Origin: Candidatus Nanopelagicales bacterium
GTDB lineage: Bacteria > Actinomycetota > Actinomycetes > S36-B12 > UBA5976
Length of the DNA stretch: 64,000 bases
Assembly: GCA_036796575.1 (NCBI GenBank)
Contig: DAIRCR010000002.1
Span: forward strand, 247,122-311,121
Reading direction: 5' to 3'
Within the stretch, counting starts at the first letter, position 1; each line of letters opens with the position of its first letter. Positions 1 through 10,567 of the stretch are shown here, piece after piece. The position numbers and the translations under genes were made by a program. The notes under the pieces are model-generated. The model searched no databases. It was not told the origin of the DNA and saw only the letters and a list, made by a program, of their open reading frames with translations.

Positions 1-715
1 CAAATAACTGACGAGCTGCAAGGGCTAAACAAGAAACTGGATTCCACAACACAAACGGTTGTAGCCATTCAGGCATGGTTGCTACTGGCGTGAAAATATT
101 TGAAGCAAATGTGAATGGGAAAATCCATGCCAAGCCTGCAGTGCCAGCAACTTCAGAGTTAGGCATATGCAGCCCAATCCAAGCACCAACCCATGTGATC
201 GCATAGGCAAACGAAGCAAACATTAGGTAAGCCAAAGCTGCATCTGAGAAACCGTTATGGATTCTCCAGCCAACAGCTAGACCAGTGATGGAAAGAATCG
301 CGATTACCAGAATGTTCTGAAGTAAAGAGGCCAAAGTGTGACCAGTTAAAACCGCACCTGGTCGCATTGGCAAGGAACGGAATCGATCCATAATTCCCTT
401 GCTGGCGTCTTCAGTAATACCAACTGTGATTCCAGCGACCGCAAACATAACGGTCTGAGCCAAGATTCCCGGAATCAAGTATTCGCGGTAAGCCTGAGCT
501 CCACCTGGGCCAACATCAATTGCGCCACCAAATACGAATGCGAAAAGCAAAACAAACATAACGGGCTGAATCAATGCAAAGAAGAGTGATTCTGGCACGC
601 GAGTGATCTTCAAAAGATGTCTGCGCGAAACAGCAATACTGTCCGTGATCAACCAACCAAAGCGAGGACGCGGTGCAGTAACTTCCTTAATTGAATCTGT
701 TGTCAAAGTACTCAT
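1..715 (-). CDS. ABC-2 type transporter permease (DrrB-like), partial; 3' end lies beyond the window start
   Basis: The minus-strand frame is open from the ATG at 715 past position 1, so it has no stop and is absent from the ORF track. The translation MSTLTTDSIKEVTAPRPRFGWLITDSIAVSRRHLLKITRVPESLFFALIQPVMFVLLF...NPVSCLALAARQLF is polytopic and ABC-2-like. It starts 2 nt after the stop of the upstream ATPase gene. Confidence 0.8.
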   Translation of the reverse strand, partial: MSTLTTDSIKEVTAPRPRFGWLITDSIAVSRRHLLKITRVPESLFFALIQPVMFVLLFAFVFGGAIDVGPGGAQAYREYLIPGILAQTVMFAVAGITVGITEDASKGIMDRFRSLPMRPGAVLTGHTLASLLQNILVIAILSITGLAVGWRIHNGFSDAALAYLMFASFAYAITWVGAWIGLHMPNSEVAGTAGLAWIFPFTFASNIFTPVATMPEWLQPFVLWNPVSCLALAARQLF

Positions 716-717
716 GT

Positions 718-1716
718 TTATCTTCTGCCCCTTCGTCCACGGCGTCCCTTTGCAGGCCCTGCAGCTTCTTCGGTGTTTTCTGTTACATGTCCAGTCAAGC
801 TCAGGAATACATCATCAAGTGTTGGTCGACGTAGCGCGATGTCAGCAATCGAGATGTTGTTTTCATCCAGTTTGCGAACTATGTTTACGATCGCAGTTGA
901 ACCACCAGCTACTGGAAGCAGGATTGTTTTTGTTAAGTCCTCTGTGATCGCGGGAGCAGAACCAAACTCTGCAATCGCAATAGCTGCCTTTGAGACATCG
1001 GAAGCGGATTCAACAACGATCTCGATGCGATCGCCGCCAACTTGTGACTTAAGTTCATTGGAAGTTCCTTTTGCGATTACATTGCCATGATCGAGAACTA
1101 CGATGCGATTTGCTAATTGATCTGCTTCCTCCAAGTACTGAGTTGTCAGCAATACTGTGGTTCCTTCTGCAATCAGATCTTCAATAACTTCCCACATGCC
1201 TTGACGGCTTCGTGGATCAAGACCAGTTGTTGGCTCATCAAGGAACAAAACATTTGGGCGACCAATTAGAGATGCCGCTAAGTCAAGACGTCGACGCATG
1301 CCGCCTGAATACCCTTTAATGCCACGATCAGCAGCATCAGACAAATCAAAGCGATCAAGCAGTTCAGCGGCGCGCTTGGCAGCATCAAACTTGCTCAGGT
1401 GAAATAGGCGACCGAAAAGTTCTAGGTTTTCCCGGCCTGTGAGGTATTCATCTACCGCTGCGTACTGTCCGGTCAGGCCAATCACGCTACGAACTTCATC
1501 TGGCTGGGTTACTACGTCAAAACCACCAACACTGGCTGTGCCACTATCTGCCTGAAGCAAGGTGGCCAAAATTCTTACCGTAGTGGTTTTACCTGAACCG
1601 TTAGGTCCCAGAAGGCCAAGGACAGTTCCCTGCTCTACTTCAATGTCGATTCCATTAAGTGCAACTACATCTCCATAAGCCTTAGCTAATCCGGATGCCT
1701 TTATTGCCAGTGTCAT
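718..1716 (-). CDS. ABC transporter ATP-binding protein (DrrA / daunorubicin-resistance type)
   Basis: Walker A GPNGSGKTT, ABC signature YSGGMRRRL and Walker B VLFLDEPTTGLD are present. It has the C-terminal extension typical of DrrA-like ATPases and is directly followed by the permease. Confidence 0.93.
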   Translation of the reverse strand: MTLAIKASGLAKAYGDVVALNGIDIEVEQGTVLGLLGPNGSGKTTTVRILATLLQADSGTASVGGFDVVTQPDEVRSVIGLTGQYAAVDEYLTGRENLELFGRLFHLSKFDAAKRAAELLDRFDLSDAADRGIKGYSGGMRRRLDLAASLIGRPNVLFLDEPTTGLDPRSRQGMWEVIEDLIAEGTTVLLTTQYLEEADQLANRIVVLDHGNVIAKGTSNELKSQVGGDRIEIVVESASDVSKAAIAIAEFGSAPAITEDLTKTILLPVAGGSTAIVNIVRKLDENNISIADIALRRPTLDDVFLSLTGHVTENTEEAAGPAKGRRGRRGRR

Positions 1717-1879
1717 GTTCGCCTAAATCCTTAAAGGTGTTACTCAATACCTTCAACTTACCAGTGGGAGTAATCCACAAATCCCACAGTTGTAGGTCTA
1801 TGGTCGTCTGGATGTGCGTAAGGTCACTCCAGTTTCGAGGAAATTAGATTGTTGAGCCTAAGCGTGCCAATATTGACCA

Positions 1880-3091
1880 GTGCAGTCCGTGAATCTCGAA
1901 GACATCAATGATGCAGCCAAGTTGCTTGATGGCGTAATCAAGAAGACTCCCTCAATAAGTGCTGGCTGGATAGAAAAGAAATACGGAGTTGATGTCACAT
2001 TCAAGTGTGAAAATCTTCAGCGCGCTGGTTCCTTTAAAATTCGTGGTGCCTATAACCGAATTGCTCTATTAACAACAGAGCAACGAAGTAGAGGTGTTGT
2101 TGCCGCAAGTGCCGGAAATCATGCCCAAGGTGTTGCGCTGGCCGCCCAGATTCTTGGAATCAAATCAACTATCTTCATGCCAGAAGGTGCGACACTTCCT
2201 AAGTATCAAGCAACACTTGGCTATGGTGCCGACGTTATTTTTTCTGGCAAAACAATTGACGAAGCTCTAATGGCTGCCAGCGCGTTCTCGAATGAAACCG
2301 GTGCAGTCTTTATTCATCCGTTTGACCACGAACACATTGTTGCTGGGCAAGGCACTATGGGCCTTGAAATCTTGGAACAAAATCCTGATGTAAAGACTGT
2401 TGTGGTTTGTACCGGTGGTGGCGGATTACTTGCTGGCACTGCGCTTGCAATAAAGAGTTTGCGACCAGACATCAAAGTCATCGGCGTCCAAGCTGAAATG
2501 GCTGCTGCTTATCCCCCATCTCTGGCTGCTGGCTCTCCGCAAATGCTGCCAAAAATGTCAACTATGGCTGACGGTATCGCAGTTGGAAAACCTGGCGAAG
2601 TTCCATTCAAAATCATTCAGCAGCACGTTGATGAAATTCGCACTGTGAGTGAGGCTTCGCTTGCACGCGCACTTCTGCTGACACTGGAACGGAGCAAGCT
2701 ACAGGTTGAAGCCGGTGGTATCGCAGCCGTTGCTGCCATCCTGGATGATCCAGATTCATTTGATGGACCAGTGGTTGCATCTCTTTCGGGTGGCAACATC
2801 GATCCCCTTCTTCTTAGCCGAGTATTGCGAACTGGCCTTGCCACTTCTGGGAGATTCTTGATGGTGCAAGTTAGATTGACTGACCAGCCAGGATCACTTG
2901 CAAAACTTTTGGCTTGTGTGGCGGAACTTGGAACCAACATCATTCAAACGTCACATACGCGCATGAATCCAGCACTAGCAATTAGTGAAGTTGATGTTGA
3001 GCTAGAACTTGAAACTCGTGGCTTTGAACATCGTGAGCAAATCCTGGCTGCGATCGTTGCCCAAGGTTTTGAAATTGTGACTTACTACTAA
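1880..3091 (+). CDS. ilvA: threonine ammonia-lyase (threonine dehydratase), short form with one ACT-like domain
   Basis: PLP-lysine motif SFKIRGA, GNHAQG and glycine loop TGGGGL are present, with a C-terminal regulatory domain. 403 aa, GTG start. Confidence 0.88.
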   Translation: MQSVNLEDINDAAKLLDGVIKKTPSISAGWIEKKYGVDVTFKCENLQRAGSFKIRGAYNRIALLTTEQRSRGVVAASAGNHAQGVALAAQILGIKSTIFMPEGATLPKYQATLGYGADVIFSGKTIDEALMAASAFSNETGAVFIHPFDHEHIVAGQGTMGLEILEQNPDVKTVVVCTGGGGLLAGTALAIKSLRPDIKVIGVQAEMAAAYPPSLAAGSPQMLPKMSTMADGIAVGKPGEVPFKIIQQHVDEIRTVSEASLARALLLTLERSKLQVEAGGIAAVAAILDDPDSFDGPVVASLSGGNIDPLLLSRVLRTGLATSGRFLMVQVRLTDQPGSLAKLLACVAELGTNIIQTSHTRMNPALAISEVDVELELETRGFEHREQILAAIVAQGFEIVTYY

Positions 3092-3093
3092 AA

Positions 3094-4326
3094 ATGCGAA
3101 AACTACTCGATCGATACTTTAAAGATCTCCCTGGCGAAGTTGCTGTACTGACCGCTGTTGCATTTTGTGTTGCTCTCGGGTTTGGAATTGTTGCGCCAAT
3201 CATTCCAGTGTTTGCTCAAACTTTTGAAGTCTCAGCGTTTGCTGCCAGTTCGGTAATCAGTGTTTTTGCTTTGATGCGATTCATAAGTGCAGCACCAAGT
3301 GGTTGGTTGGTGAATCGATTTGGCGAGCGAAGTGTCCTTTGGATTGGACTCAGTATCGTTTCAGTATCCAGCGCTTTAGCTGGCTTTTCTCAGACATTTG
3401 AGCAACTGATTATTCTTCGTGGCATTGGCGGCACTGGCTCGGCAATGTTTACCGTGTCATCCATGTCTTTGCTTTTGCGCACGGTCGATGGCGCTCATCG
3501 CGGCCGCGCAGCCAGCACTTATCAAGGTGGCTTCCTATTCGGAGGTCTAGCTGGGCCAGCCGTTGGCGGATTGGTTGTAGGCCTGAGTATCCGAGCGCCA
3601 TTCTTTGTTTACGCAGCAACACTTAGTTTGGCTGCATTAACTGCCTACTTCGCACTGCCAAAGGGCCTAGGACACCCAACCAAGGACACTTCCGAACCTG
3701 CAGAACTGCAAGAGCCACCTATGGCACTTAAAGCGGCCCTAAAGTTCCGTGCATATTGGACTGCGCTGGTCGTTAATCTCTCAAATGGCATGACCTCGTT
3801 TGGTTTGCGATCTGCGTTGATTCCGTTGTTTGTGGTTTCGGTTCTACAAAAAGGTCCAGCAACTTCAAGTTATGGATTCCTAGCCACCAGCGTTGTACAA
3901 GCTTCACTGTTGCTGCCGGCTGGTCGAATGACAGACACCAGAGGGCGCAAGCCGTCAATGATTATTGGAACGATATTCCTTGTTGTGTCTATGTTGTGCT
4001 TAGTTGCCAGCGAAACCTTGCTGGGGTTCTACGCAGCCATGGTTGCCATGGGAGTGAGCGCTGCATTCTTAGGTGGCGCGCCATCTGCAGTTGTTGGAGA
4101 TATTGTTGATGGCCGTAAGGGTGGTCCAGTCGTTGCCACATATCAAATGATGAGTGACCTGGGAATAATTATTGGGCCGCTCTTGTTCGGTTACTTAGCT
4201 GACTCAACTGGAAGTTTTGCTTGGCCATTTATTGCAAGCCTGATAGTTGCAAGTGCTACCAGCGTTCTAGTTATGTTCATGCCAGAAACTAGAAAGCCAA
4301 CCGCAGTAAAAACTCTAGCTACTTAG
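3094..4326 (+). CDS. MFS transporter
   Basis: 410 aa with about 12 hydrophobic segments and an MFS loop-2/3-like motif (GWLVNRFGERS). The ATG lies 2 nt after the ilvA stop. Confidence 0.85.
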   Translation: MRKLLDRYFKDLPGEVAVLTAVAFCVALGFGIVAPIIPVFAQTFEVSAFAASSVISVFALMRFISAAPSGWLVNRFGERSVLWIGLSIVSVSSALAGFSQTFEQLIILRGIGGTGSAMFTVSSMSLLLRTVDGAHRGRAASTYQGGFLFGGLAGPAVGGLVVGLSIRAPFFVYAATLSLAALTAYFALPKGLGHPTKDTSEPAELQEPPMALKAALKFRAYWTALVVNLSNGMTSFGLRSALIPLFVVSVLQKGPATSSYGFLATSVVQASLLLPAGRMTDTRGRKPSMIIGTIFLVVSMLCLVASETLLGFYAAMVAMGVSAAFLGGAPSAVVGDIVDGRKGGPVVATYQMMSDLGIIIGPLLFGYLADSTGSFAWPFIASLIVASATSVLVMFMPETRKPTAVKTLAT

Positions 4327-4899
4327 TGTTGCAATCTCCGGCAACAAGATTCCCGTGTGTGCGTGGCAGTCATAGCCATTTGGATTCTTGATCAAGTACT
4401 GCTGGTGATATTCCTCGGCGTACCAGAACTTGAAATTGCTAGCTGGAGCTAACTCGGAAGTAATAGGATCAAAGCCTTTGCCAACCAATACATCGTTGTA
4501 AGCATTACGAGATTCAGTTACCCATTTTTCTTGATCTGACGTTGTCCAGTAAACCGCGCTGCGGTACTGCGTGCCGATGTCATTACCCTGGCGATTGCCC
4601 TGAGTTGGATCATGATTTTCCCAAAAACATTTCAACAAGTCATAAATGGAAGTCGCTGACGGATCGTAGGCAACTAAAACGATTTCGGAATGACCCGTGG
4701 ATCCAGTGCAAACCAATGGGTAGGTGGGATCATTTGCAGTGCCACCCATGTATCCAACTGCGGTGCTAACTACACCCGGAAGATTCCAAAGCTTTTTTTC
4801 AGCTCCCCAGAAGCAACCCATTCCGAAGTAGATCACTTCAGTACCTTGCGGCCATGGGCCACGAATGTCAGTTCCTAAAACCAAGTGTGTTTCGCTCAT
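4315..4899 (-). CDS. msrA: peptide-methionine (S)-S-oxide reductase
   Basis: Active-site motif GMGCFWG is present. 194 aa. The 3' end overlaps the MFS gene 3' end by 12 nt (convergent). Confidence 0.93.
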   Translation of the reverse strand: MSETHLVLGTDIRGPWPQGTEVIYFGMGCFWGAEKKLWNLPGVVSTAVGYMGGTANDPTYPLVCTGSTGHSEIVLVAYDPSATSIYDLLKCFWENHDPTQGNRQGNDIGTQYRSAVYWTTSDQEKWVTESRNAYNDVLVGKGFDPITSELAPASNFKFWYAEEYHQQYLIKNPNGYDCHAHTGILLPEIATLSS

Positions 4900-4939
4900 G
4901 GCTCTACTTTGCCAAGGTTTGGAAGTTTTTGCACATGCA

Positions 4940-4968
4940 AAAAGGGGCTGGCAATGCCAACCCCTTTT
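4940..4968 (-). terminator. rho-independent terminator hairpin downstream of the BI-1 family gene (symmetric, possibly bidirectional)
   Basis: AAAA-GGGGCTGGC-AAT-GCCAACCCC-TTTT forms a 9-bp GC-rich stem with one mismatch and A/T runs on both sides. It lies 15 nt past the stop at 4984. Confidence 0.7.
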
Positions 4969-4983
4969 GTTTGCTCGAAATCT

Positions 4984-5745
4984 TTATTCGTCGCCCGAGA
5001 AAATTGCAATCAGGCGAAGTAGTTCGGTGTACAACCAAACCAAAGTGATTGCCAAGCCAAACGCCATTCTCCAGGCTTCCTTTTCCGGAGCGCCTTGAGC
5101 GATTGACTGAGTGATCATTTCAAAGTCCATGACTAGCGAGAAGGAAGCAAGTGCAACACCAGCAATGCAAAGCAGCATTCCAAGGCCACCAACTCCGTAG
5201 AAGCCCCAGCCTTCACCTACGCCAAAGAAACTAGAGATCAAAGAAGCAACAGCGATAACCAAGTAGGAAACCATGGCAACCATGAATACCTTCTTGAACT
5301 TGCCATTAACTTTGATGATGTTTGACTTGTAAAGGAACAACATGGTGCCAAAAGCAATTAGCGTTCCCATGACAGCCTGTGAAACTAGGTTCGGTGCAGT
5401 CTCTGCATATGCAGTTGCATACATCTTGCTCAGGCCACCAAGGAATACACCTTCAGCGGCGCCATAAGCCAAAACTAAACCTGGGCTAACTTGCTTCTTA
5501 AAAATGTTTGCAAACGCAAGACCTAGCCCAAGGAAGAATGCGACAAATGTAAGTCCAGGGGTTGACCAGCCCACGAATGCGCCAGCCAATAGCAACGCAA
5601 ACAACATTCCGGTTTTTACGATGACATCATCCATGGTCAATCGAGCGCCAGAGATAACTGGTTGGGTTAGTGAACCTTGCTCAATTGTTTCGCCGCCAAA
5701 GCTTTCGCCGGTTGCGCGAATCAGTACTGGATTACGACTTGCCAT
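4984..5745 (-). CDS. Bax inhibitor-1 / YccA family membrane protein
   Basis: 253 aa with about 7 TM segments after a soluble N-terminus. The charged C-terminal tail and overall pattern are typical of actinobacterial BI-1/YccA proteins. A strong SD (GGGAGGAAAATC-ATG) precedes the start. Confidence 0.82.
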   Translation of the reverse strand: MASRNPVLIRATGESFGGETIEQGSLTQPVISGARLTMDDVIVKTGMLFALLLAGAFVGWSTPGLTFVAFFLGLGLAFANIFKKQVSPGLVLAYGAAEGVFLGGLSKMYATAYAETAPNLVSQAVMGTLIAFGTMLFLYKSNIIKVNGKFKKVFMVAMVSYLVIAVASLISSFFGVGEGWGFYGVGGLGMLLCIAGVALASFSLVMDFEMITQSIAQGAPEKEAWRMAFGLAITLVWLYTELLRLIAIFSGDE

Positions 5746-5866
5746 GATTTTCCTCCCGTGGGACGAGTATCGTCACCATCTGCTGTATTTCTACCCTGAA
5801 TATAACCTGTTAAACCAAGATTGGCCTATACCTGCCAACCAGAAATTGGCTAAGTTCCGGCGGATT

Positions 5867-5944
5867 TGGTACCCCTGGTCGGACTTGAACCGACACTGGC
5901 ACGATTTTAAGTCGTGTGCCTCTAACCGATTGGGCTACAGGGGC
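5867..5944 (-). tRNA. tRNA with anticodon UAA (Leu codons UUA/UUG) but a class-I-length variable region; isotype uncertain
   Basis: Minus-strand sequence is GCCCCTG-TA-GCC-CAATCGGTTAGA-GGC-A-CACGA-CTTAAAA-TCGTG-CCAGT-GTCGG-TTCAAGT-CCGAC-CAGGGGT-A-CCA. The cloverleaf folds by hand. It has G18G19, a T-loop GTTCAAGTC, U33, A37, discriminator A73 and an encoded CCA. Confidence 0.88.
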
Positions 5945-5990
5945 GTGGTGTTTTCCACCGCTTAATCCTGACAGGTATTGCCAGAACTTC

Positions 5991-6932
5991 CTAACTGGGG
6001 TTAGAAACTAAGGCTCGGGCAATTCCATCAAGGATGTCGCGTTCCGATACGACAACTTCAGAAAGGCCAGTTCGAGCCATTATTCGATCAAGTACCAATG
6101 CGCCCGAGCCAATTACATCAATTCGACCTTCATGCATAGGTCCTAACGTTGCCCGCTGTGCCCGAGTCATAGTCAACAACTCTTGCGTCACGCGATGCAC
6201 TTCGCTAGCAGAAATTCGACTGCCATGAATTGCTTCTGAGTCATACTCGGTGAGCCCTAGTGCCAGCGCTGCAACTGTTGTTACCGAACCTGCCAGACCA
6301 ATCAAACTTTTCGCTTCCGCAATTGGCACGGCTTGGTAAGCCTGGTCAATTGCAGCATCGATGTCTGCGGTGGCTGCAGCGATTTGATCTGGATTTGCTG
6401 GGTCGCTAACCAAGTGGCGTTCAGTCATGCGCACACAGCCAACATTTGTGCTGATCGCAGAAGTTGGTTTGGTTGTCCCCAGTACAAATTCAGTTGAACC
6501 GCCGCCAATGTCAACGACTAAGTAAGGCGCACTCGGTGCGGAATCTAAATTCAATAAATCTGCAGTTGCTCCCAAGAAGGAAAGCTCTGCTTCTTCGTCA
6601 CCGCTGATGATGTCTGGTTCGATTCCTAATCGAGTCAGAATGCCATCAACAAACTCTCCACGATTTGAAACATCTCGGCTCGCACTTGTTGCCACAAATC
6701 TAACTAGTTCAGGTTTGTGTTCGGCAATTAAGTCTGCATAGGTGTCGATTGCGGCAAAAGTTCTAGCTAATGCAGCTTGCGAAAATTCTCCTGTTTTGTC
6801 TACGCCTTCGCCTAAGCGAACGATAACCATAGTTCGAACGACATCAGTGAGGTTTTCACCTTCGATATCAGCAATCAAAAGTCGAATCGAATTTGTACCG
6901 CAATCAATTGCTGCCACTCTCAATGTCATCAC
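5991..6932 (-). CDS. ppx: Ppx/GppA family exopolyphosphatase (N-terminal ASKHA domains only)
   Basis: Motifs AAIDCGTNSIRLL and DIGGGSTE are present. 313 aa. It sits in the conserved position downstream of DUF501. Confidence 0.85.
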   Translation of the reverse strand: MMTLRVAAIDCGTNSIRLLIADIEGENLTDVVRTMVIVRLGEGVDKTGEFSQAALARTFAAIDTYADLIAEHKPELVRFVATSASRDVSNRGEFVDGILTRLGIEPDIISGDEEAELSFLGATADLLNLDSAPSAPYLVVDIGGGSTEFVLGTTKPTSAISTNVGCVRMTERHLVSDPANPDQIAAATADIDAAIDQAYQAVPIAEAKSLIGLAGSVTTVAALALGLTEYDSEAIHGSRISASEVHRVTQELLTMTRAQRATLGPMHEGRIDVIGSGALVLDRIMARTGLSEVVVSERDILDGIARALVSNPS

Positions 6933-7410
6933 CTCCGCATGGTCCAGTCTGTCCCCAGTCTTTTAACATAGCCAGTGCCATGTCACCAAGTGGATTAACA
7001 CCTGGCCCAGCCGCTAAGGAGTGTCCAATAAGTACGTGCAAGCACTTCACGCGAGTTGGCATTCCGCCAGCACTGATTCCAGCAATCTCTTCCACGTGCT
7101 CGATAGCTTCGCGTTCTGCCAAATAGCTTTCATGTGCTACTTCATACTTCGCAGCGAGCTCTGGATCAGTCGCGATTGCATCCGCAAGCTCTTTCATCAC
7201 ACCGTTTGCTTCCAGCGTGCCAATTGCGCCTGTGGCTTTAGGGCAAGTCATGTAATACAGCGTTGGGAATGGTGTGCCATCATCGAGACGCGGTGAAGTC
7301 TTCAATACGTCAGGCTGTCCGCAGGAACAGCGATGCGCAACTTCAATCACACTTCTAGGGTCGCGCCCAAGTTGGGCACGCACTGCTGCGAAATCTTCTG
7401 GGGTCAGCAT
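6904..7410 (-). CDS. DUF501 domain protein
   Basis: The conserved region starts at MLTPEDFAAVRAQLGR. The ATG at 7410 lies 4 nt after the FtsB-like stop. The longer track ORF (to 7521) would overlap the upstream gene. Its position between ftsB and ppx is the conserved actinobacterial order. Confidence 0.78.
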   Translation of the reverse strand: MLTPEDFAAVRAQLGRDPRSVIEVAHRCSCGQPDVLKTSPRLDDGTPFPTLYYMTCPKATGAIGTLEANGVMKELADAIATDPELAAKYEVAHESYLAEREAIEHVEEIAGISAGGMPTRVKCLHVLIGHSLAAGPGVNPLGDMALAMLKDWGQTGPCGGDDIESGSN

Positions 7411-7414
7411 TTTG

Positions 7415-7858
7415 CTATTGCGGGAGATCGTCGGATTGCACAACCAATGGATCATCAGCTGGTGGTGGATTGTCAGCGAGCTTGGTGCTGCTCCAAAGCT
7501 TGGTGTACCACGCTGAGTCATCGTTAGGCACTAACGCTCCTGGGACACCGGTGATCGCGGTAGTTGTTTCTTCATCAAGTACTACAAAGCCAACTTCGCC
7601 TGGGAAAACGTAATTCAAACGCTCTCTAGCAATGGCTTGAAGATAAGCCGGATCTGAAAGTCTTTTCTGGCGATTGTTTAGTTCATCGATCTTGGCCTGC
7701 TGCGAAACAACTTGTTGTTCTAAGTCTTTAATCTCACGTCGCTCTTGAATCAATGCTCGTAACGGAACAGCCAGAGTTAGCATGACAAAAACGCCAGCAA
7801 GAATCATTGCGATTGCGCGCCCGTTTATTCTCGGGGAAATCCTTGGAGAAGATGCCAC
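7415..7858 (-). CDS. septum formation initiator family protein (FtsB/DivIC-like)
   Basis: 147 aa with one N-terminal TM (AIAMILAGVFVMLTLAV) followed by a coiled coil (IKDLEQQVVSQQAKIDELNNRQKRL). It lies immediately downstream of eno, as in other Actinobacteria. Confidence 0.8.
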   Translation of the reverse strand: MASSPRISPRINGRAIAMILAGVFVMLTLAVPLRALIQERREIKDLEQQVVSQQAKIDELNNRQKRLSDPAYLQAIARERLNYVFPGEVGFVVLDEETTTAITGVPGALVPNDDSAWYTKLWSSTKLADNPPPADDPLVVQSDDLPQ

Positions 7859-7876
7859 GTCTTAATTGTGCCGTGC

Positions 7877-9172
<1,296 letters not shown>

Positions 9173-9250
9173 TCAAGGTGGGACTGCGAGGCTTGCCCGC
9201 AATTAAATAAAGTCTACTGATTTGGCAGATGACTTTTGAAAAGCCAATGG

Positions 9251-9904
9251 TTACAGGCCTTCTGATTCCCGCACTTTGGTGCGATAGCGCATCATTTCAG
9301 CGCGCAACACTGATTCGGCATCAATATCTGCTTCTCGGGCAAGTTCAACCGTTGCAACTAATAGTGCTGTGATTTGTTCTTGGCCTACTTCCCCAATAAC
9401 TTCGCGTAAAGATTCTTTAACTTGTGAATTACCTGCGCCCACTCCACTTTTTCGCGCTCGATACATCAACTGCGTGGCAAGTTGAAGCGCTGGCATTGCT
9501 TGTGGCACTCCGTCCGTTACTGATTCGCGCTGTTTCTCTTCCTCTTTAATCTTTGCCCAGTTAGCTTCAAGCTCTTCATTTGACGTAACGACTAAGTCAG
9601 TGAATACGTGTGGATGGCGTCGCACTAATTTATCTACAACACCTTGCGCGACTGCATTTAATGTAAATGTCGAATCAGATTCCTGAGCAATTCGGGCATG
9701 AAACACAACCTGCAAAAGCAAGTCGCCCAGTTCTTCGCGCAGTGAACCTAGGTCGCCTTGATCCATTGCCTCTAAAGCTTCATAAGTTTCTTCGAGTAAA
9801 TAACGCGCCAGACTCTCGTGAGTTTGTTCGGCATCCCAAGGACAACCGCCTGGACTTCGAAGTTGGTCCATCACCTGGACGAGTTGTTCTACAGGTGAAG
9901 TCAT
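9251..9904 (-). CDS. mazG: MazG-type nucleoside triphosphate pyrophosphohydrolase
   Basis: MazG EExxE-type motifs are present (LLEETYEALEA, ELGDLLLQVVFHA). It lies between the mfd-side lipoprotein gene and eno. Confidence 0.88.
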   Translation of the reverse strand: MTSPVEQLVQVMDQLRSPGGCPWDAEQTHESLARYLLEETYEALEAMDQGDLGSLREELGDLLLQVVFHARIAQESDSTFTLNAVAQGVVDKLVRRHPHVFTDLVVTSNEELEANWAKIKEEEKQRESVTDGVPQAMPALQLATQLMYRARKSGVGAGNSQVKESLREVIGEVGQEQITALLVATVELAREADIDAESVLRAEMMRYRTKVRESEGL

Positions 9905-9911
9905 GTTGAAA

Positions 9912-10532
9912 TTAACCTACTGAGATAGGTAGTGGCACTGCCAAAGTTTCATCACCAGGTGTGCTTATGAGATTGCTTGGATCCCATTTACCAAACCTAG
10001 GATTCAATTCCACACCAAGTTCTTCACTCAAATCCATTAAGTAATCAGTCATGGCCAAGAATTGCGATTGGCTGTCTGCACCTGGGGCAAGTTTTTCCAT
10101 CAGGATGCGTTGCACCATGATCTCGTACATAAATCCTTCGATATCATCGGCCGGAACAGCGTTTTGAGCCACAAGCTGGGCTTCGATTGACTCTTTTGAG
10201 TATTGGGCAAATACTTCATCGCGGTAGGCCGCAACATCCCGATCCGTTACATTAATTCCTTCGCGAGCCACAACCTCAGCTAGCAATGAGTTGCGGACAA
10301 AGTAATCAACTACTCGCTGATTAATCTGAACCAAACTTGGAACTTCACTTACCAATGCTGGGTCAGTTAATTGGATCTGAGCGCGCACTTTATCAACGCG
10401 TTCTGCTACTGCGGAAGCTGGGATAACTTTTCCATCGATGACAACAGCGCTACCCGCAAGTTTTGGTGAATCAGAGCATCCGGTTAAAACTGCAACGCCA
10501 AGAGCTAAAGTTGCAACTAAACGAAGTTTCAC
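9912..10532 (-). CDS. SurA N-terminal-domain-like lipoprotein (chaperone/PPIase-associated domain, no PPIase motif seen)
   Basis: I chose the GTG at 10532 because it follows an SD (AAGGAA) and gives the signal peptide VKLRLVATLALGVAVLTGC with a lipobox. The longer track ORF (to 10610) would overlap the mfd 3' end. Confidence 0.7.
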   Translation of the reverse strand: MKLRLVATLALGVAVLTGCSDSPKLAGSAVVIDGKVIPASAVAERVDKVRAQIQLTDPALVSEVPSLVQINQRVVDYFVRNSLLAEVVAREGINVTDRDVAAYRDEVFAQYSKESIEAQLVAQNAVPADDIEGFMYEIMVQRILMEKLAPGADSQSQFLAMTDYLMDLSEELGVELNPRFGKWDPSNLISTPGDETLAVPLPISVG

Positions 10533-10567
10533 AGATGTTCCTTTCAAGAACCAACCTTCTAATTTTA

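Noticed and set aside
603-1090. Plus-strand ORFs 603..947 and 773..1090
   Set aside because: They are antisense shadows inside the ABC permease and ATPase genes, with no motifs. The same reasoning applies to the many 60-140-aa ORFs inside mfd, glmU, copA, hyuA/B, the amidase and the other large genes.
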